Shown in pieces: positions 21,601 to 36,600 of a stretch of DNA of 64,000 nucleotides. Numbering within the stretch: the stretch's first letter is position 1; each line of letters starts with the position of its first letter. Position numbers and translations under genes: made by a program. The DNA comes from Schmidtea nova (Eukaryota), in contig CM097882.1 of the NCBI GenBank assembly GCA_044892505.1, positions 542,190,001 to 542,254,000 on the forward strand. Reading direction: 5' to 3'. The notes under the pieces were generated by a model. It searched no databases. It had not been told where the DNA came from and saw nothing but the letters and a program-made list of their open reading frames with translations.

Positions 21601-24600
21601 TTACAATTTATAAGTATTATAAAATAATAAACAAATTATCTAATATTTGAGGTATTTTTTCTCCTTAAAATTCTGTAGCTTGTATTAAAATTTAAACTTT
21701 TTGAACCAAAAATGGAAATTAAAGTGCATTTGGTGAAAACTATCTAAAATTATATATTTGCTTATTTATTAAACAAAAATTTTAGAAATTTCATTTATCA
21801 TTAAATTTCTTCACGTTTGATCTTTTTTTGATTTGATTTAGTTTACTGTTTTCTAATTTAGAAATTCTGTTAATAGAAATTATTTTCTATTGAAAATATC
21901 ATTAAACACCTCAAATATTTTGTGATAAATTTTATTTAAATCGTGACATCAATATATAGATTTTGTATTGCACATTATTTGAATATTGCAAAATTTACTT
22001 CTAGTTTTGAAAAAATTTTATGTGCGCAATATTTTTCATAAAGTTATTAATTATTAATATTCTGTTCAAAATAACCAATAAAGTTTAAAAAAAATCCCAT
22101 CAGAATCAGTAATTGTATGCATTGGATAATTTTATAATTCCGTGTTTATTGAATCGATGATGAATGGAATTATATTTATTGGTTTGAATTATTATCCCAA
22201 TGACATATAGATTGACAAGATAATTTGGCTTATAATTGACACGAGAGTTGGCCTGTGAAGAAAAAGCGAAGCGTACTGACAGTTACTGTAATGATGGATC
22301 GATAATTGACACAGTCGATGTGCATTTAATAAAGCGCGAGTGCGCTGATTCGGCTGTCGCATTCGAGTGAGCGCGGGGTTCTTCTATATGCATTCTCAGC
22401 ATTTTGATAAAATTATGTGCAATTTTTTTAAATGACAACCTGTCTCGATAGCATTAACTTTGATTTGAGAAATCGATACTCAAACGGATGATGAATTACC
22501 CATGGGTAGAATGGGGATGAGAATTTTCTTTCTCTCATTTTGTATATGATTCCAATAAATTAATTCCTTTGATGTCACGACTTGATTAATAATTCAGGGG
22601 CTAAACTTTGCATTTTATTCCATATTTCTTCATTATTTATTCTATCTATAAATTATCATTAATTTACTGTTTGCAGAATGTTTTTTTTAAGAGAAACTTG
22701 TTTTAATTTCATTTTCTCGCATAACAATGTGAAATCTTAAAATGTTCTTTGTATTGTAAAACGCAGAAATGATTTATATTTCATCATTTATATTTGCTTA
22801 TTTATTTTCATGAAATTTTCTGTTCGATATTCTTGGTTATAAATAATATTTTTTTTTGAAATTTAATTAATTTTTAATATTTGCGCATTTTCGATTTGTT
22901 TTTTCTTCTGTTGCATTAGATAAATATCTAATTTTCTTGGCAAAAAATATATTTTTAAAGTAGTCTTAATTCTGAATGTTATGCTACCAGTTACCGTACA
23001 AGTTCTGTTGCATTGTTTTCATATTATATATTTTCATCTGAAAATAAAAAGTACTTATGTAATAACATTAGCACTAGTTTGTCAAAATCAATATATTATG
23101 AAATATGAATTTTTGAGACTTATAGAGCATAATATATTGAATTATTGGAACAATATTAAATTAGTAAACATGTGGATCTATTTCATTTTTTACTAATTCC
23201 TTGCAATTTAGAATTTTTTACATTAACCCTTAAATGCATTGTGATGGAAATTTCCATCGTACCAAATATTTAAATATAATTATTTATGATTAATGACAGC
23301 GATATATTTTTTTAGTCTGGCAATAAGATAAACAGTCTGTTTATGGATTCAAGTGAAAATAAAAATAAAATCTATGTTTCTGTCTATGTTTTTTGTCAAT
23401 AATAATTGTGATAGCACATGGTCAGTGTTCTGGGGTTTTATAAAGTTTTATTTTCAAATTTCCCAACTATTACTCATCTTTTCAAGGAGAAAAAAAATTC
23501 AAAATGTTTAGCAAAAATGTTAGTATTTATAAATAAATATTTTATTTTTCTTAAAAATATAAAATTCAATGAAAAAGCTGTTAATTATAGTATGATTGAA
23601 ATTTACATCATCATGCAATTACTGTCATACTCTTTCATATGGAGTATTGCTATATTGAATAAAGTTTGTGAGGATATTTAGACATGTTTTTAGCGAGTAT
23701 TAAATTTAAAATTAAATAATTATTTGGAGATAGCTAAAATAAGTTTTAAATGTTTTATTAAAAATTTTATATTAAATAGAATAATAATTTAAGTAAATTT
23801 TATAAAATAATTTTTAATTAAAAAAGTTTTATCTTTAAAAAATAATAAATATGAATGAAATTTTATAAGTATTTTAAATAAAAATGCTCGTTTTTAAATT
23901 TGTTTAAATATCCTCAAAGAGACAAACATTTTTCTATTTTTAAATAAATATTTTGGATGACTTTAGAATTCGAGTTAACCGAAGATGTTTGAACAACATC
24001 TAACATGACAACCACGTCAATCGAACTATTATTGCGAAAATTAACGCCGGATGAACTAACGAAAGAAGGCGATGTTGAAATATTTATCCAACAATGCGAG
24101 AAATATTTTAAGATTGAAAAATTAACTGGCTTCCGACAAGATATCCTGGTAGGACTCTGAATCCACAAGTAGATCAAAGAAAAATATTTCCAAGTTGATC
24201 CGTCTATTAAAGATTATAGAGAAAGACTTAGGATAGCTTATACAAAAAAGACCACGATAGCGCGGGATATTAAAGCCGCGTTTAAATATAGGCAAACTAA
24301 CGAAGAACCAGAGGTTTATTTTGGAAAAATAAAGAGTCTGGTGGACAAACTTATGAGTCATGAATGGATAGCAGAAAAATTAGAAGAAAAATGAACAAAT
24401 TTTAATTGAAAATCGTCAAAATCATGACGAGGAAGGTCCTCCTTTGATTGGAAGGCAAGAAACTGCAGAAAGCGAGATAGCACGCATTCCATCAAATAAT
24501 TTGATAGCTGACTTTCAGAATAAAAGAAAACTAGTGTGGAAAAAAACCAATATGGTGCTTGATGAAAATAAAACTAACTTCAAAGGAAATTCTGATTTTA

Positions 24601-27600
24601 CGTATGAATTATCACAACTAGAAACTCCCTATCGATGCTTCAACTATTTTATTACAGATAGTAATAATGCAACACATTTTGGATGAAACAAATCTGTTTG
24701 CTATTCAAAAAATGCCGAAAGCCCAATTACTTGTTCTGAAAAAGATTTTTAAAAATTCTTGGGTATTTTGTATATGTCTGTACAAAATTTTCCTAGCACA
24801 AGGTTATATTGGTCTCCAAAATACGGATATAAACCAATCAGTTCAGTGATGTCAAACAATAGATTTGAAAAAATTAAATGTGTTTTACACATCAATAATA
24901 ATCAGCACAAGGCAGTAGGTGATCCTGGACACGATCGCTTATTCAAGATTCGACCTGTTATTCATCATCTAAACGAGAGATTTTCAACCATTCCCATGAA
25001 ACAAAGACTTTCCGTTGACGAACAAATGTGTGCTACAAAAGTAGCATACTATATCAAGCAATATTTGCCCAACAAACCTAACAAATGGGGATTCAAATTA
25101 TATGTTCTGTGCAATTTAGATGGCATTACTCATAAAATTGAAGTTTATGCTGGCCAAGATAATTAAAGCAGACCTGAAAATGAACCAGATATAGGAGCTA
25201 CTGGCAATGTCGCGTACTACTTAGCACCACAGGGAATTCAGTGTGTTGGTACTGTGCTGCAGAACAGAATTCCAAATTGTAAATTACCATACAAAAAGGA
25301 ATTCATGAAGAAAGCTATCCGAAGAGGGTCTTTTAATGAAAGAATGACATCACATCAAGGTATAGATATTGGATTGAACATGAGCTGGAAGCTAAAAAGA
25401 AGCGAGCGAAAATAGCAGTAGTACCTGGAAAAGACGTACGAAAAGATGGAGTAGAACATTGGCCAGAAATATGAAATTCACTTTAGTGTAAATTGCCTCT
25501 TTGTAAAGGATATTCGACAGTTCGATGTTCTAAATGTAAAGGTGATTTGTGCTTAAACAAAAACAATAATTGTTTTTATAAATTTTCATTCTGAATAATT
25601 TTTTCATTTATAATTATACAATATCTCATTACAAATCTGATTCTAGTTGACAGACCATACTCACATTATAATGGAAATTTACATCATACTATTTTTTCTT
25701 TTAAAAATATACTTTTTTTGACTTTGATTTTTTAAATTATATTTCCCTAAGACTTCACCTTAAAATACACCATAAAACATTGTTTTAATGCAATACAAAA
25801 AATCATGTATTTAAGGATTAAACATTTTAAAATAGAAATGTGATAACTTTTAAGAGATTTGAAGATAAGTGATTTATTAATTTCAATATAGAAGTCACTT
25901 CTACATGTCTTGGTACATAATTCATGTTTTTATATTAGTTTTTGTTTATTGATAATAATTATTAACTTGATGAAGTTTGTCACTTATTAATCAAAATATA
26001 TTAGTGCTTTAAAATTATTAGGATTTTCATCCTTTAAAACATTAGAATCAGTTTTACAACAATTTGAATCCATAACTTTTATTTCAGAAAAATATAATTA
26101 TCAAAATAATGTTTTCTTAATAATTTGTTATTTAAACAAATTTTCAAAAAATATTTATCTAATTAAAACTATTTTTATATTTTAAAAATCAATCTTAAAA
26201 TTAATTTTTAAAATTTTTCATTAAATATTTTTCATTGAAAATTTCTTAAATCTTCCAACTTCCTTATATCCCCCTTCTTAAGAAATTTTTAAGTTTTTCC
26301 ACATTTCTTTCAATCATTTTACCATTTTCATTTCTTAAGATGTATCGTCTGTCATGCACTTTCTCGATCACTTTCTATGGACCTTTATATCTGTCCTGGC
26401 TTTTATTGCGTGTTTCTAATTTTACTAGCACTTCTTCTTCTACATTGAATTTTCTCCTTGTTTGTTCTTCTAGTTCTTCCTTTACCGGTATTTCTTTGGA
26501 CCCGTACCATTTTCCCCTACTAATCTTTTTTTTTTTAAAACTATCTCTGCTGGGCTTTTTCCTATCGTTTTTTGTTTGGTTGCTTTTAATGTGAATTCGA
26601 CTTCTGGTAATATCTCTGTCCAATCCGTCTTCCTTCTATCCTGTAAAGTAGCATTTATCAGCTCCCGTATTGTCGAAAAACATATTTTAATATATAGAAT
26701 CTTTGTGAATTCTCTCATCATTCCTGATTCAAACGCCTTTCCGCAATCAACTCTTATCTCCTTTGGGCATCCAAATCTTAAAATCCACTTTTCTAAAATC
26801 GTTTTCTTTATTGTTTCTTCGTCTTTTTTTGTTATCGCTGTCAAGACTTGATACTTACTATACTGGTCTATTATACCCAATATATACTTCTTACGTCCTT
26901 TTGTTTCTTTCAACGGTCCACATATATCCACGAATATAATTTCGAACATTTCATTTGATTCTTGTTTCTTTACTGGTTCTTTCGTTGTTATTGTTATAGC
27001 CTTGGTTTTTTGACAAATCTCACAACTTCGAACAATTTCCTGAATCTGACTCCACAGGTGTTTTCCAACATATCTATCTTTCATATAATCGGCTATCTTC
27101 TCGACTCCCGCATGACACAATAGTCTATGTATTTCCTTTATTGTTTCTTGTAACTCATTTTCAGGTATCATCGTTTTCTTTCGTACTTCTTCTACAATTC
27201 AATGTTGGTCGTTGCTTCTTCCTTCTTCTCTGATCGAGTCTAGTAATCTGGTTTTTATCTTTCCTTTCTTAGCTTCTTCGTGGGCCATTTGACACTGAAC
27301 ACATGTGTCACATTTAGTGATTAATACATTTTCTGTATTCTACGCTTATATCTAAACTGCTCAAATAATTGATCCATGTTTGGAATTGTGAAGTAATCGG
27401 CTTCTTGGTTGTCATCATAAACGTGATTGCTTTGTGGTCTGTCCTGAGCGTGAATCTTCTTCCGTAGAGATAGTGCTTAAAATAAATGCAAAAATAATAT
27501 ACCGCCAATAGTTCCTTTCTTGTAATACAATATCCTTTCTCATGGCTCGTCATCGAGTCTGATCCATACGCAATTACTCTTTCCTTTCCATCTTTATCTC

Positions 27601-30600
27601 TTTGTGAAAGTACTTCTCCGATGGTATCAAAACTAGCATCAGTATCTAAAATGAACTCCTTTTTCAGATCCGGAAAACATAAGATTGGCGCCGTCGTGAG
27701 TGCTAATTTCAATACCTCAAACACGCTATTCGTTCCTTCAGTCTATTCTAATTTTTTGTTACTCGGTCCGCTACACTATTGTTCTAACATCCTTGCCTTC
27801 TTTGCATACTCACTGATGAATCTTCTATAATAATTGCAAATACCTAAAAAGCTTCGGAGTTTCTTTACGCAATTTGGCTTCCCAAAGTTTTGTATGGCCT
27901 GAATCTTAGATGGACCTGTCTGTACTCCTTCCTTGCTGATTATGTGTCCTAAGAATCTGATTTCTTTCTTTATTATTTGACACTTTTCTGGATTAGTCCT
28001 TAGTCCTGCTTCCTCAATCGCCTTTAACACTTCTCCGAGTATTGTATAGTGTTTCTCTTTACTGCTTGAATAAATCAAGATGTCGTCCAAATACACCATT
28101 GCTCCATTTATTTTGCCTAATACTTTTGTCATCATTTCTTGGAACGTACCTGGTGCTGCTTCAATTCCAAAAGGCATTCTGTTGAAACAATATTGTCCGT
28201 TCTTTGTTGAGAAGGCTGTTTTCTCTTGTGATTCTTCTAATTCCACTTGGTAATATGCATTACCTAGATCGATTGAGCTGAAAAAGACGGATCCTCCTAA
28301 CAAATCCAGCATCTCTTCTATGTTTGGCATTGGAAATTCCTGCCTCTCTGTTACCGTGTTCAGCTGTCTGAAATCCAAGCATAGTCTAATATCCTTTTTC
28401 TCTTTTTTCCATACACATATTAACGGCGTGTTCCATGGAGACTTACATTTCCGTATAATTCCATTTTCGTACAAATTTTGTATTGCTTCTTCAATCTTTG
28501 ATTCCAAATTTAATGGTTGGCGATATGGTTTTATGTTTATCGGCTCACCTCTTGTAACTATCTTATGTTTTACCAAATGTGTGAGACCCACATCTCATTT
28601 ATCTGCCATAAACACGTTTCCACTGTTTGTTATAATTTCCTTTAATTTGCTATCTTCATTGATCTTTAACTGTTCCAACGCTCGTATCAATCGTTCTTCA
28701 TCCTTTATTTGTCTGCCAAATTTTGCTTCAATGTTGCAAATATAGTTCTTGTTTTTTTCACTAGCCTCGATATCTTGAATTTTTAACAGTCTAAATCCAA
28801 ATGTTTCTTGTAATTCGACTCCTCCAATCACATCTGGTGTCACTTTCTCCGCCACAATGAATATAACTTCCTTCGAAATATTTCCAATGGTTACTTTCAC
28901 CTTTGTTTTTCCTATTGTCTCGATCGTACTCTCGTTTGCGCATCGTAACTTATCGTCACTTTTCGTCAATTGTTTTCCTCGTAACTTGTTAAAACAGTTC
29001 ACACATTACATTGATTCTTGCACCAGTGTCTAATAAACAGTCGAAATTTTCCCCATTCATCCTTACTGTTATACTAGGCCTTCCTTGCATTTTTTAATAC
29101 AAAATATTAACAGCCTGCTCCGTTTTAATGGTTCCAATTCTTTCCACTTCCTCTTCAAACATTTTTCTCCTTAGGAACCTGTATACTTTCTCGCTTACCC
29201 TTCCTACATTCTCCCACTTTCCTGCCCCTTGAGGATATCCCATCAAATTTTCTGTTAGTATATGGCTCCAATCAATTCCTCTACTGGTGGAGCCCTGTTG
29301 TTTGGGTACATCTTCCTAAAATTATCTTCATTTGTCTCTACACACGATTCCCTCACTTCTTCTTCCTCGATATCATTTATCCGACTGTATCTGTTTCCCG
29401 TGAGTCTTTGCCTCTCCATTGCTCTCCTGTAACTCATTTTTGTATAACACTCCTCGGATCTATGACCATTTCTACTACATCTTTCACAACGTATTTCCTG
29501 ACACAATCTTCTTATATGACCTTCTTTCCCAAAACCAAAACATTTTGGAGTTTTTTTATCTGGACAATTTCTACTTATATGTCCGCTTCTATGACATGTC
29601 CAGCACTCTATTTTACCTTTTTTTGGACAATCAATTTTCGTGTGTCCTATTTTGTGGCATAACCAGCAATCTGGTCTTTCTCTTCAAATACTTTCTTCTC
29701 TCTGTTCTTTCTGCTTGTACTGTACTCTTCTCTGTGGCTCCTGATAGACCACTCTGACGTTTATCCGATATCTTTGCTTGTCCACTTTATCCATAAGAAT
29801 TAGTGTTTTCTTTATTTCTTCTGTGCTTTTTATCTTCCGTAGTATTACTTCTTTCTCGACTTCTTTATTGTCAGCACATACTATCAACATCTTTGCTGTT
29901 AATTTCTCTTTCGTAAATTCTTTATTTTCAAACAAAGTTATCAACAAGGTCCTCCACCTTTTTAAAATATGTTTCTATTTCTTCACCCTTCCGCTTGTAA
30001 TTCAACAAGCTTTGCAGATCCTTTAATACATCTCTTTCGCGATCGAATGCCAATCGCAACCTAGCCTGGAATCCTTCTGCTTTTTCAGGGTTTTGGCATA
30101 CACTTCTAAGAGATCCTCATCAATCATACAAGATGTTAATCTTTCCTGATCTCTCTTCTGCTTGATTCCCTTGGCATCGAAATAAATTTCGCATCTTTTA
30201 ATAAACTTTTCCAAGTCGTCACCTTGGCAGAACACCCTTGGTATCAATCTTTCGGGGATTGCGTCAGTGTTTACCGCTGCCACCATATTAAGATTTTCAT
30301 CCTTTAAAACATTAGAATCAGTTTCACAACAATTTGAATCCATAACTTTTATTTCAGAAAAATATAATTATCAAAATAATGTTTTCTTAATAATTTGTTA
30401 TTTAAACAAATTTTCAAAAAATATTTTTCTAATTAAAAATATTTTTATATTTTAAAAATCAATCTTAAAATTAATTTTTAAAATTTTTCAATAAAAATTT
30501 CTTAAATCTTCCAACTTCCTCATAAAAATCATTAATTTTTAATCTTTTATTCGTTTTACGATGTTGTTAATTTTAGACAATAGAACAAATGTTTTCCCCT

Positions 30601-33600
30601 ATTTTGCGCAAATTTTCGGCACTGCCTTTTTAAAAATATTTAATAACATTTGTTAAAGATAATTCTGTAAATTTGTGTTAAATCAAAACAGGAAAACTTT
30701 GATCCATTGTTTAAAATAATAAAAATAAACAAAATCATTAAAAATTTTAATGTTTTTGTTTTGGCCATTTTGTTGGTGGATTGTTATTTTTATTCAAAAG
30801 ATATTTAACTTTGAGATAAATTTTTTAAAATGAGGATAATTATGAAGTCCTCAGTGAAGTTTTCTATTTAGTAGTTCAAAATATATAGTATATTTTCGAT
30901 AAGTATTAGGGTCTGAATCAATTGTTCTAAAATCCAAATCCATTTTTATTAATTTATTTGAAACTTAAGAATTTACGTAATTTTTCAGTGAGAAAAGATT
31001 TTCTAATTTTTTACGTTTATCAGTATGAGATGTAAAATTAAAAATATTTTAATATATAAAATTTATTATAAATATATATTTATTTTAAATATTATATATA
31101 AATACATAAAGTTGGTCAAGATATCCAAAAGTTTATTGTGAAAATCTAATGACTTTTGTAATATTAAATAGCGAATAGCGTTTGAAAAACAATTTTATCA
31201 GAACATTTTTGCCTGGTAAAGCTTTAGGAATATGACGTAAACTCTGAAGATGTGTATAAAAACAACTTATTCGAGTATTTCACAATCACTCAACAATTAA
31301 GAAAATTTGCAGAAAGCACTGAATAATAATAAAGGTGAATAAAATGTAATAAAAAACTTTTGGAAAAGTTTGAATAAGCTGGTTGAAATATTCTAAATCA
31401 TAAACGCTAAAATTAAAACAACATTTTAAACATAGAATAAACAATACTGTTTTAATAAGATAAAAAAATAATTAGAAAAATAATTAATAAGGTACTGGTA
31501 GAGCTGAACTCGAAAGATGCAGTGGTATATTTAGATATTTTAATTGTTTTTCAAGATCTGTTCAATAAAGTTAGGAAACATTTGGCCTTGGAAACGTTTA
31601 AATAGACTCTTAAAATCTTTATCTTACACAAGTTTTGTATCTAAAATTTCTCTATTTCTAGAAAATTATCGTGTGGCCCTCCAAAAATATTAATTTTCAT
31701 TAGGCCCTCGGCACAAAAGGTTGTCCACCCTTACTATAGAAAAACATTGTAAGGCAATAGAAAGAATTTTTAGAAAAATAGAGAAAGCAGAATTAAAATA
31801 AAGATCTTCAATATACCATTTTTATAAAAGAAATAAAATTTGTTAGACACGTCAATAAAGAATTAATTAAAATATCCAGATAAAATAAAACTAACAAAGA
31901 TAATGAAATATTAAAATACTTAAAAAAATTAAAGAGTTTCTGGGGTCTGGACAATTTATTCAAAAGTTTACAAAACAGTGGAAAAAATCGTTGGAAGCGT
32001 TCTGGAACTAATCAAAAAAAACTAATATCTACTGACAAGTGTGAAACGAGTTTTGAAAATGTTAAAAAATAGACTAAGTTAAACCATAGTTTTGATATAT
32101 CAAGATTTCATAAAAATGTTATATTAGATACAGAAGCAAGCTTCGATAGAATTGGAGCCGTACTCTATCAAATACAAAAAAACGATAATTAAAGAATTAG
32201 TCTATGGTTTTCATGTAATAAGTAAACGCGAAATAGGTTACTGCATTTCACGAAAAGAATTGCTTGCTAATTATTATTTTTAAACATTATGTGTATGGCA
32301 AATCATAAGGCAAATTCCTTCATAATGAAAACCAAGAAACTGTTGACACCACAGTTTCAAACATTAATGAATTACTTAAGTAGTTCAGATATTGATTTAC
32401 ATTAAGGGAAGAAGAAATCTATTTGAATGTCAAATCTACATGATGTCAAGAAGTAATGATCAATATGTTTTCAATGTTAAATGATGCACTATGATCTTAA
32501 AGTAAGGAAACTAAAACCAAGTATTATCAATGATGATTGATGATGCAGAAAATACGGCTAAAGGAGTGAGATAAAAAAAGTGATAATCACAATGAAATAT
32601 CAGTAAAATAGGACTAGTCAAATTTTTCATTGATTATGGAATAGTAAAATTTAAAAAGGTTAGATATATATGCAAGAAATTAAACGAGAATATATCGAAA
32701 ATTACTGCAAGAAGCTATTTTATTTGTGAGATGTTTTATCAGAAACATTGAATTGCTAAAACTTCTTAAAAATTTGGAATGTGAAATGTAAAACTAAAAA
32801 CACTTATATATTAAAAAAATTTAAATAATTAAAAATATAAGCCTCAGTATGTTGTGTTGAATAAATGACTGAAATCTTTCCTTCACACTCATTCACACAC
32901 ACACACACACACATAATATAATATAAATCTGTATATCAATATCATATTTTGTGGAGTTTTTGTGCACAATTCAAAAAATATGCGCATTTATCATCAAAAG
33001 TTTACCCTTCAATTGACAAAAATATTTCTCGGAGAAAAGATATAATTATTATCATAAAATTTGCACCATTTTACAATTTACAGTGACAAATAAATAATAT
33101 GTATATGTAAGATGTGTAAATAACACCTATCATTATTTCAATATTTATTAAATAGTGATAAATATTGAAAAAAGTGGTTTAAATATTGTGATTGAAATAA
33201 ACAGATTTGAAATTAGTCTATTTTAATTAATTAATTATTATTAGCCAAATCCGAAATATTACTTGGCGTCACGAGCAGGATAAGATTATCTGCACGAATT
33301 TCTATTTAAAGAAAGTATTTCAAAGTTAATAGTATTCAAACGTGGATGATCAATTTAAATATCCTTGGAAAAGCACACCGAGCCGGCAAAAGATATTGTC
33401 CAAAAATTTAATGATCAAGAGTTGAACAGACGAAAAATTGGATTTATTTTTAAAATTTTATGATGAAGATATTATTAAGGAAATCAGCAGTAAAAAGAAA
33501 TCTGACGAGAAATCGACAATAGAGTATTATTCCGAAAGATTTTTAAACTTTGAAAAAAAATTTAGAAGCTGACAATATTATTGAAATAATCGATTTTATG

Positions 33601-36600
33601 CGAGTTGAACGTTAAGGTGTTGTAGAATTTGCAGAGGTATGTATAATAAAACTATGCTTTTGCACTTAAGGTTTTGAAACAAAAATCGTTGGAGAAAGCA
33701 GCAAATAAAATCAAGAACCAGTACAATATATTTGGAACGCCAGAATAAGAAAAATATCAATTAATTAAAGTTAATTTGCCAGCTAATGAAACTATAACTT
33801 CACTTAAAAAAAGAGATTTAAAGATTACGTAAGATTATAATTGAGATGTCACAACAATTACAGAAAGAATCCGCCAGACCGCAGCAAAATAAAAGTAAGT
33901 CAATCTATAATTGTAGAATGATTGGATATCTAACACGTTTTTATCTGGCAAAAATGACGGAACACGTCATAAATGATAAACAAAAATAGTAGAAAACCAA
34001 CGACTGAGGAGAAATATACAAATTACATCAATGAAATTGGAAATGGAACCAAACCAAAAGAAAAGTAACAGAAATATAAACAGGCAGTAATTTCAAAAAG
34101 TGGACCATAAAAGCGGGGAATAAATCACAGAATTTCAAATTGAAAATCAATTAGTACGAGTAATGTTAAATGCAGGAGTAGATCTAAACGTAATCAATCA
34201 AGAGTTTGAAAAGAAATTACAAAAAAATAATCCGACTTCGAATTTACGACTCAACTACTAGAGTAAAATGTGCTTACGTGCCGCTGTTAATTGTGTGGAA
34301 AAACTACAATTAAATATCGCTATTGGGCCTTTACTTACCGACCACATGTTTGGCATTATGTATAATATCTTCCCTCGTGTATTTATTGGTATGCAAAGTA
34401 TGAAAAAGTTTGATATAGCAGTAAATGCGTCCGAAGACTCTATTGAGCACTGTACCGTCGTTAAACTAATAACCGCTGTGTTAGCGAGTCATAATGACGA
34501 GGTAATATTCAGGAACTAGATTTTGATAGTTTTTTTAAAAGATAATATTAAACTGGATAATATTTATGCTGGAGGATTTTTTATTTGAGGAATGATTTTT
34601 GATAAAAGGAACAATAGAATTGAAAATTTGGATCAGTCCTGTATATTCAGAGAAGGCAAAATAAATATGGCGAAGAGATATTTTAATCAATGATTGTACT
34701 GTAAAAAGTGAGAACGAAAACATATTTACTAGGATAAAGATGTTGGAAGGGGAATCAAAGAATCTGCATACAAGTACTATATCGAAGAATTAGAAGAAAA
34801 AAGCGTTAAGTTTACTTAAACCGTAAATGGGATGACTAGAACGAAATTAGTGGAGTAGAATAAAGCAGTTAATGGAATATTACCAAACAAAGGCAGATGT
34901 GTGCAAAAACGTTGATAGTAAAGGAAAAAGAGAATTGATGACTATTTGAACAGAAATATAGGTATTTAACAAATTTAAGATAGATATTCGATGTACAGAG
35001 ATGGTGAAACATAATATTAATAAAGGAAAATAAAACCAATTGCGATCAAGTCAATAAAAACATTTGTGGGATTAGAACTTTGGGTATATGATATGGTTTT
35101 TGATTTCTAAAAGCAGGAGGTATTAGACCAAGCACATCACCACGGAATTTACCGATTATGATTTTCAAAAAGAAAAACGGGGACATAAGAATGTGCCTGG
35201 ACTATACTCCAGTAAAGGCTTAAGCAACTAGTCCGATATTTTCCTTTTAACACAAAAGAAAGATCGAGGTACTTTTTAACACTCAATCTCTCAAGTGGGT
35301 ATTACTAAATTTCAATCTAGGAAAAAGATAGGGAAAAATAGAATTTAGTACAAAGTTCTGACACATTTTAAATTTAAAGGAATGTCTTTTGAATTATGAT
35401 CAGTTCCTGAAACATTTTGAAAACCTATAAATATGATATTAAGAAAGACGTATATTTGGATATTTGGGTAAACTATTGAAGAACATAATCTAGAAACTTG
35501 AAAAAGTGATTAATAGAGGCAGCGTTAAAGTTATGTCTTTTTCTTAACGCAGAAGTTAATTATTTAAGACATATAGGTAATTCTAAGAGTGAAAATAGAT
35601 CCAGCCAACATTGAAGCTATTCACAAAAGATAATTTTAGGATTTTGTAATTATTATCGAAGATTTATTGAAAATCACAAAAACGTCTGAAAAATTAAGTG
35701 CAATGTTAAAGGAAGATAAGTAAAAAGACTCATGTGGAAAATCTATACATAAAATTCAATTCTCACTAAAAGCCCTAAAATTTCAAAGTAAAAAGCTCTT
35801 ACATAAACAAAAATATTCACTCTCAGATTTCATTTATGTAAATATTTTAAGTATATAGACTCTCATGCGGTAAATTTATAAGTAAAAATGAACATTTCTC
35901 AGGTTTTTGTCTTTTAGAGGCTGGTTGTTTTTCATAATCTTCACTACTACCGCAAGTCTGTTTTTCACTTCTGTTTCCGAAATCTCCTCACTACTTTCTT
36001 CAGCCAAGTCTTCTGTGACTGATATTCACTTAGAATAATTTCACTTTTTGGATGAATCCCTTGTATATATTTTTCTGGCGTGATAATCTACTTTCTTATT
36101 TATTGAAATCTACAGCCCATAGAATTCTCCGGTTTCTCAGCACAACCGTTCTCCTTTCATCTGTTACATTAAACATCTTAGTAAAATCATTGTTGCCGGG
36201 TCTTTAATTATGTCTTTCATATTTTTTATAACATTTTCAACTGTTGATTTATCTTTTTGAATTGCCAAATTCAGCTTTTTTCACAACTGTTTTACTTCAC
36301 CTGCCATCAGCACAATTCTGTTCTACATTTTACATCAGAATCAAAAAGTTATATATCTATGATAAGGTGTTCCATTGGAAATTTTCCCGTTTTATCAAGA
36401 ATCAGTAGTAGTATACTTTCTTGATATCCTGCGTTTTTTGGAATTTTAGACACATCTATTGTACATATAGTCATGTCAATTAAAAAGTTTGGATGGCGTC
36501 TTTTCTTAAGAGTTAAAAATTTTTCTAGATATTTTCTTTAGAGAAATGACAAATATCCACTCTTGGTAGTACGGGAATAAAAAATCCCATAAAACTTTTT

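Larger units (their letters stand above)
26016..30525 (-). mobile_element. Ty3/gypsy LTR retrotransposon, 4510 bp, both LTRs present, ORFs disrupted
   Basis: LTRs 30286-30525 and 26016-26268; 5-bp TSD AAAAT (26011-15, 30526-30); PBS and PPT present. Domain order is gag, protease LDTGA (about 29020), RT YLDD (27776-28591), RNase H (27314-27724), integrase HHCC and core (26482-27171). Confidence 0.96.

Noticed and set aside
22240-22385. GC-enriched patch as tRNA or structured ncRNA
   Set aside because: No cloverleaf, no A/B boxes, and no convincing C/D or H/ACA architecture.
31670-31735. Orphan hAT-like right ends (also about 42044-42070, 13845-13890 and 4915-4980)
   Set aside because: No matching left end or TSD was found, so no element could be delimited.
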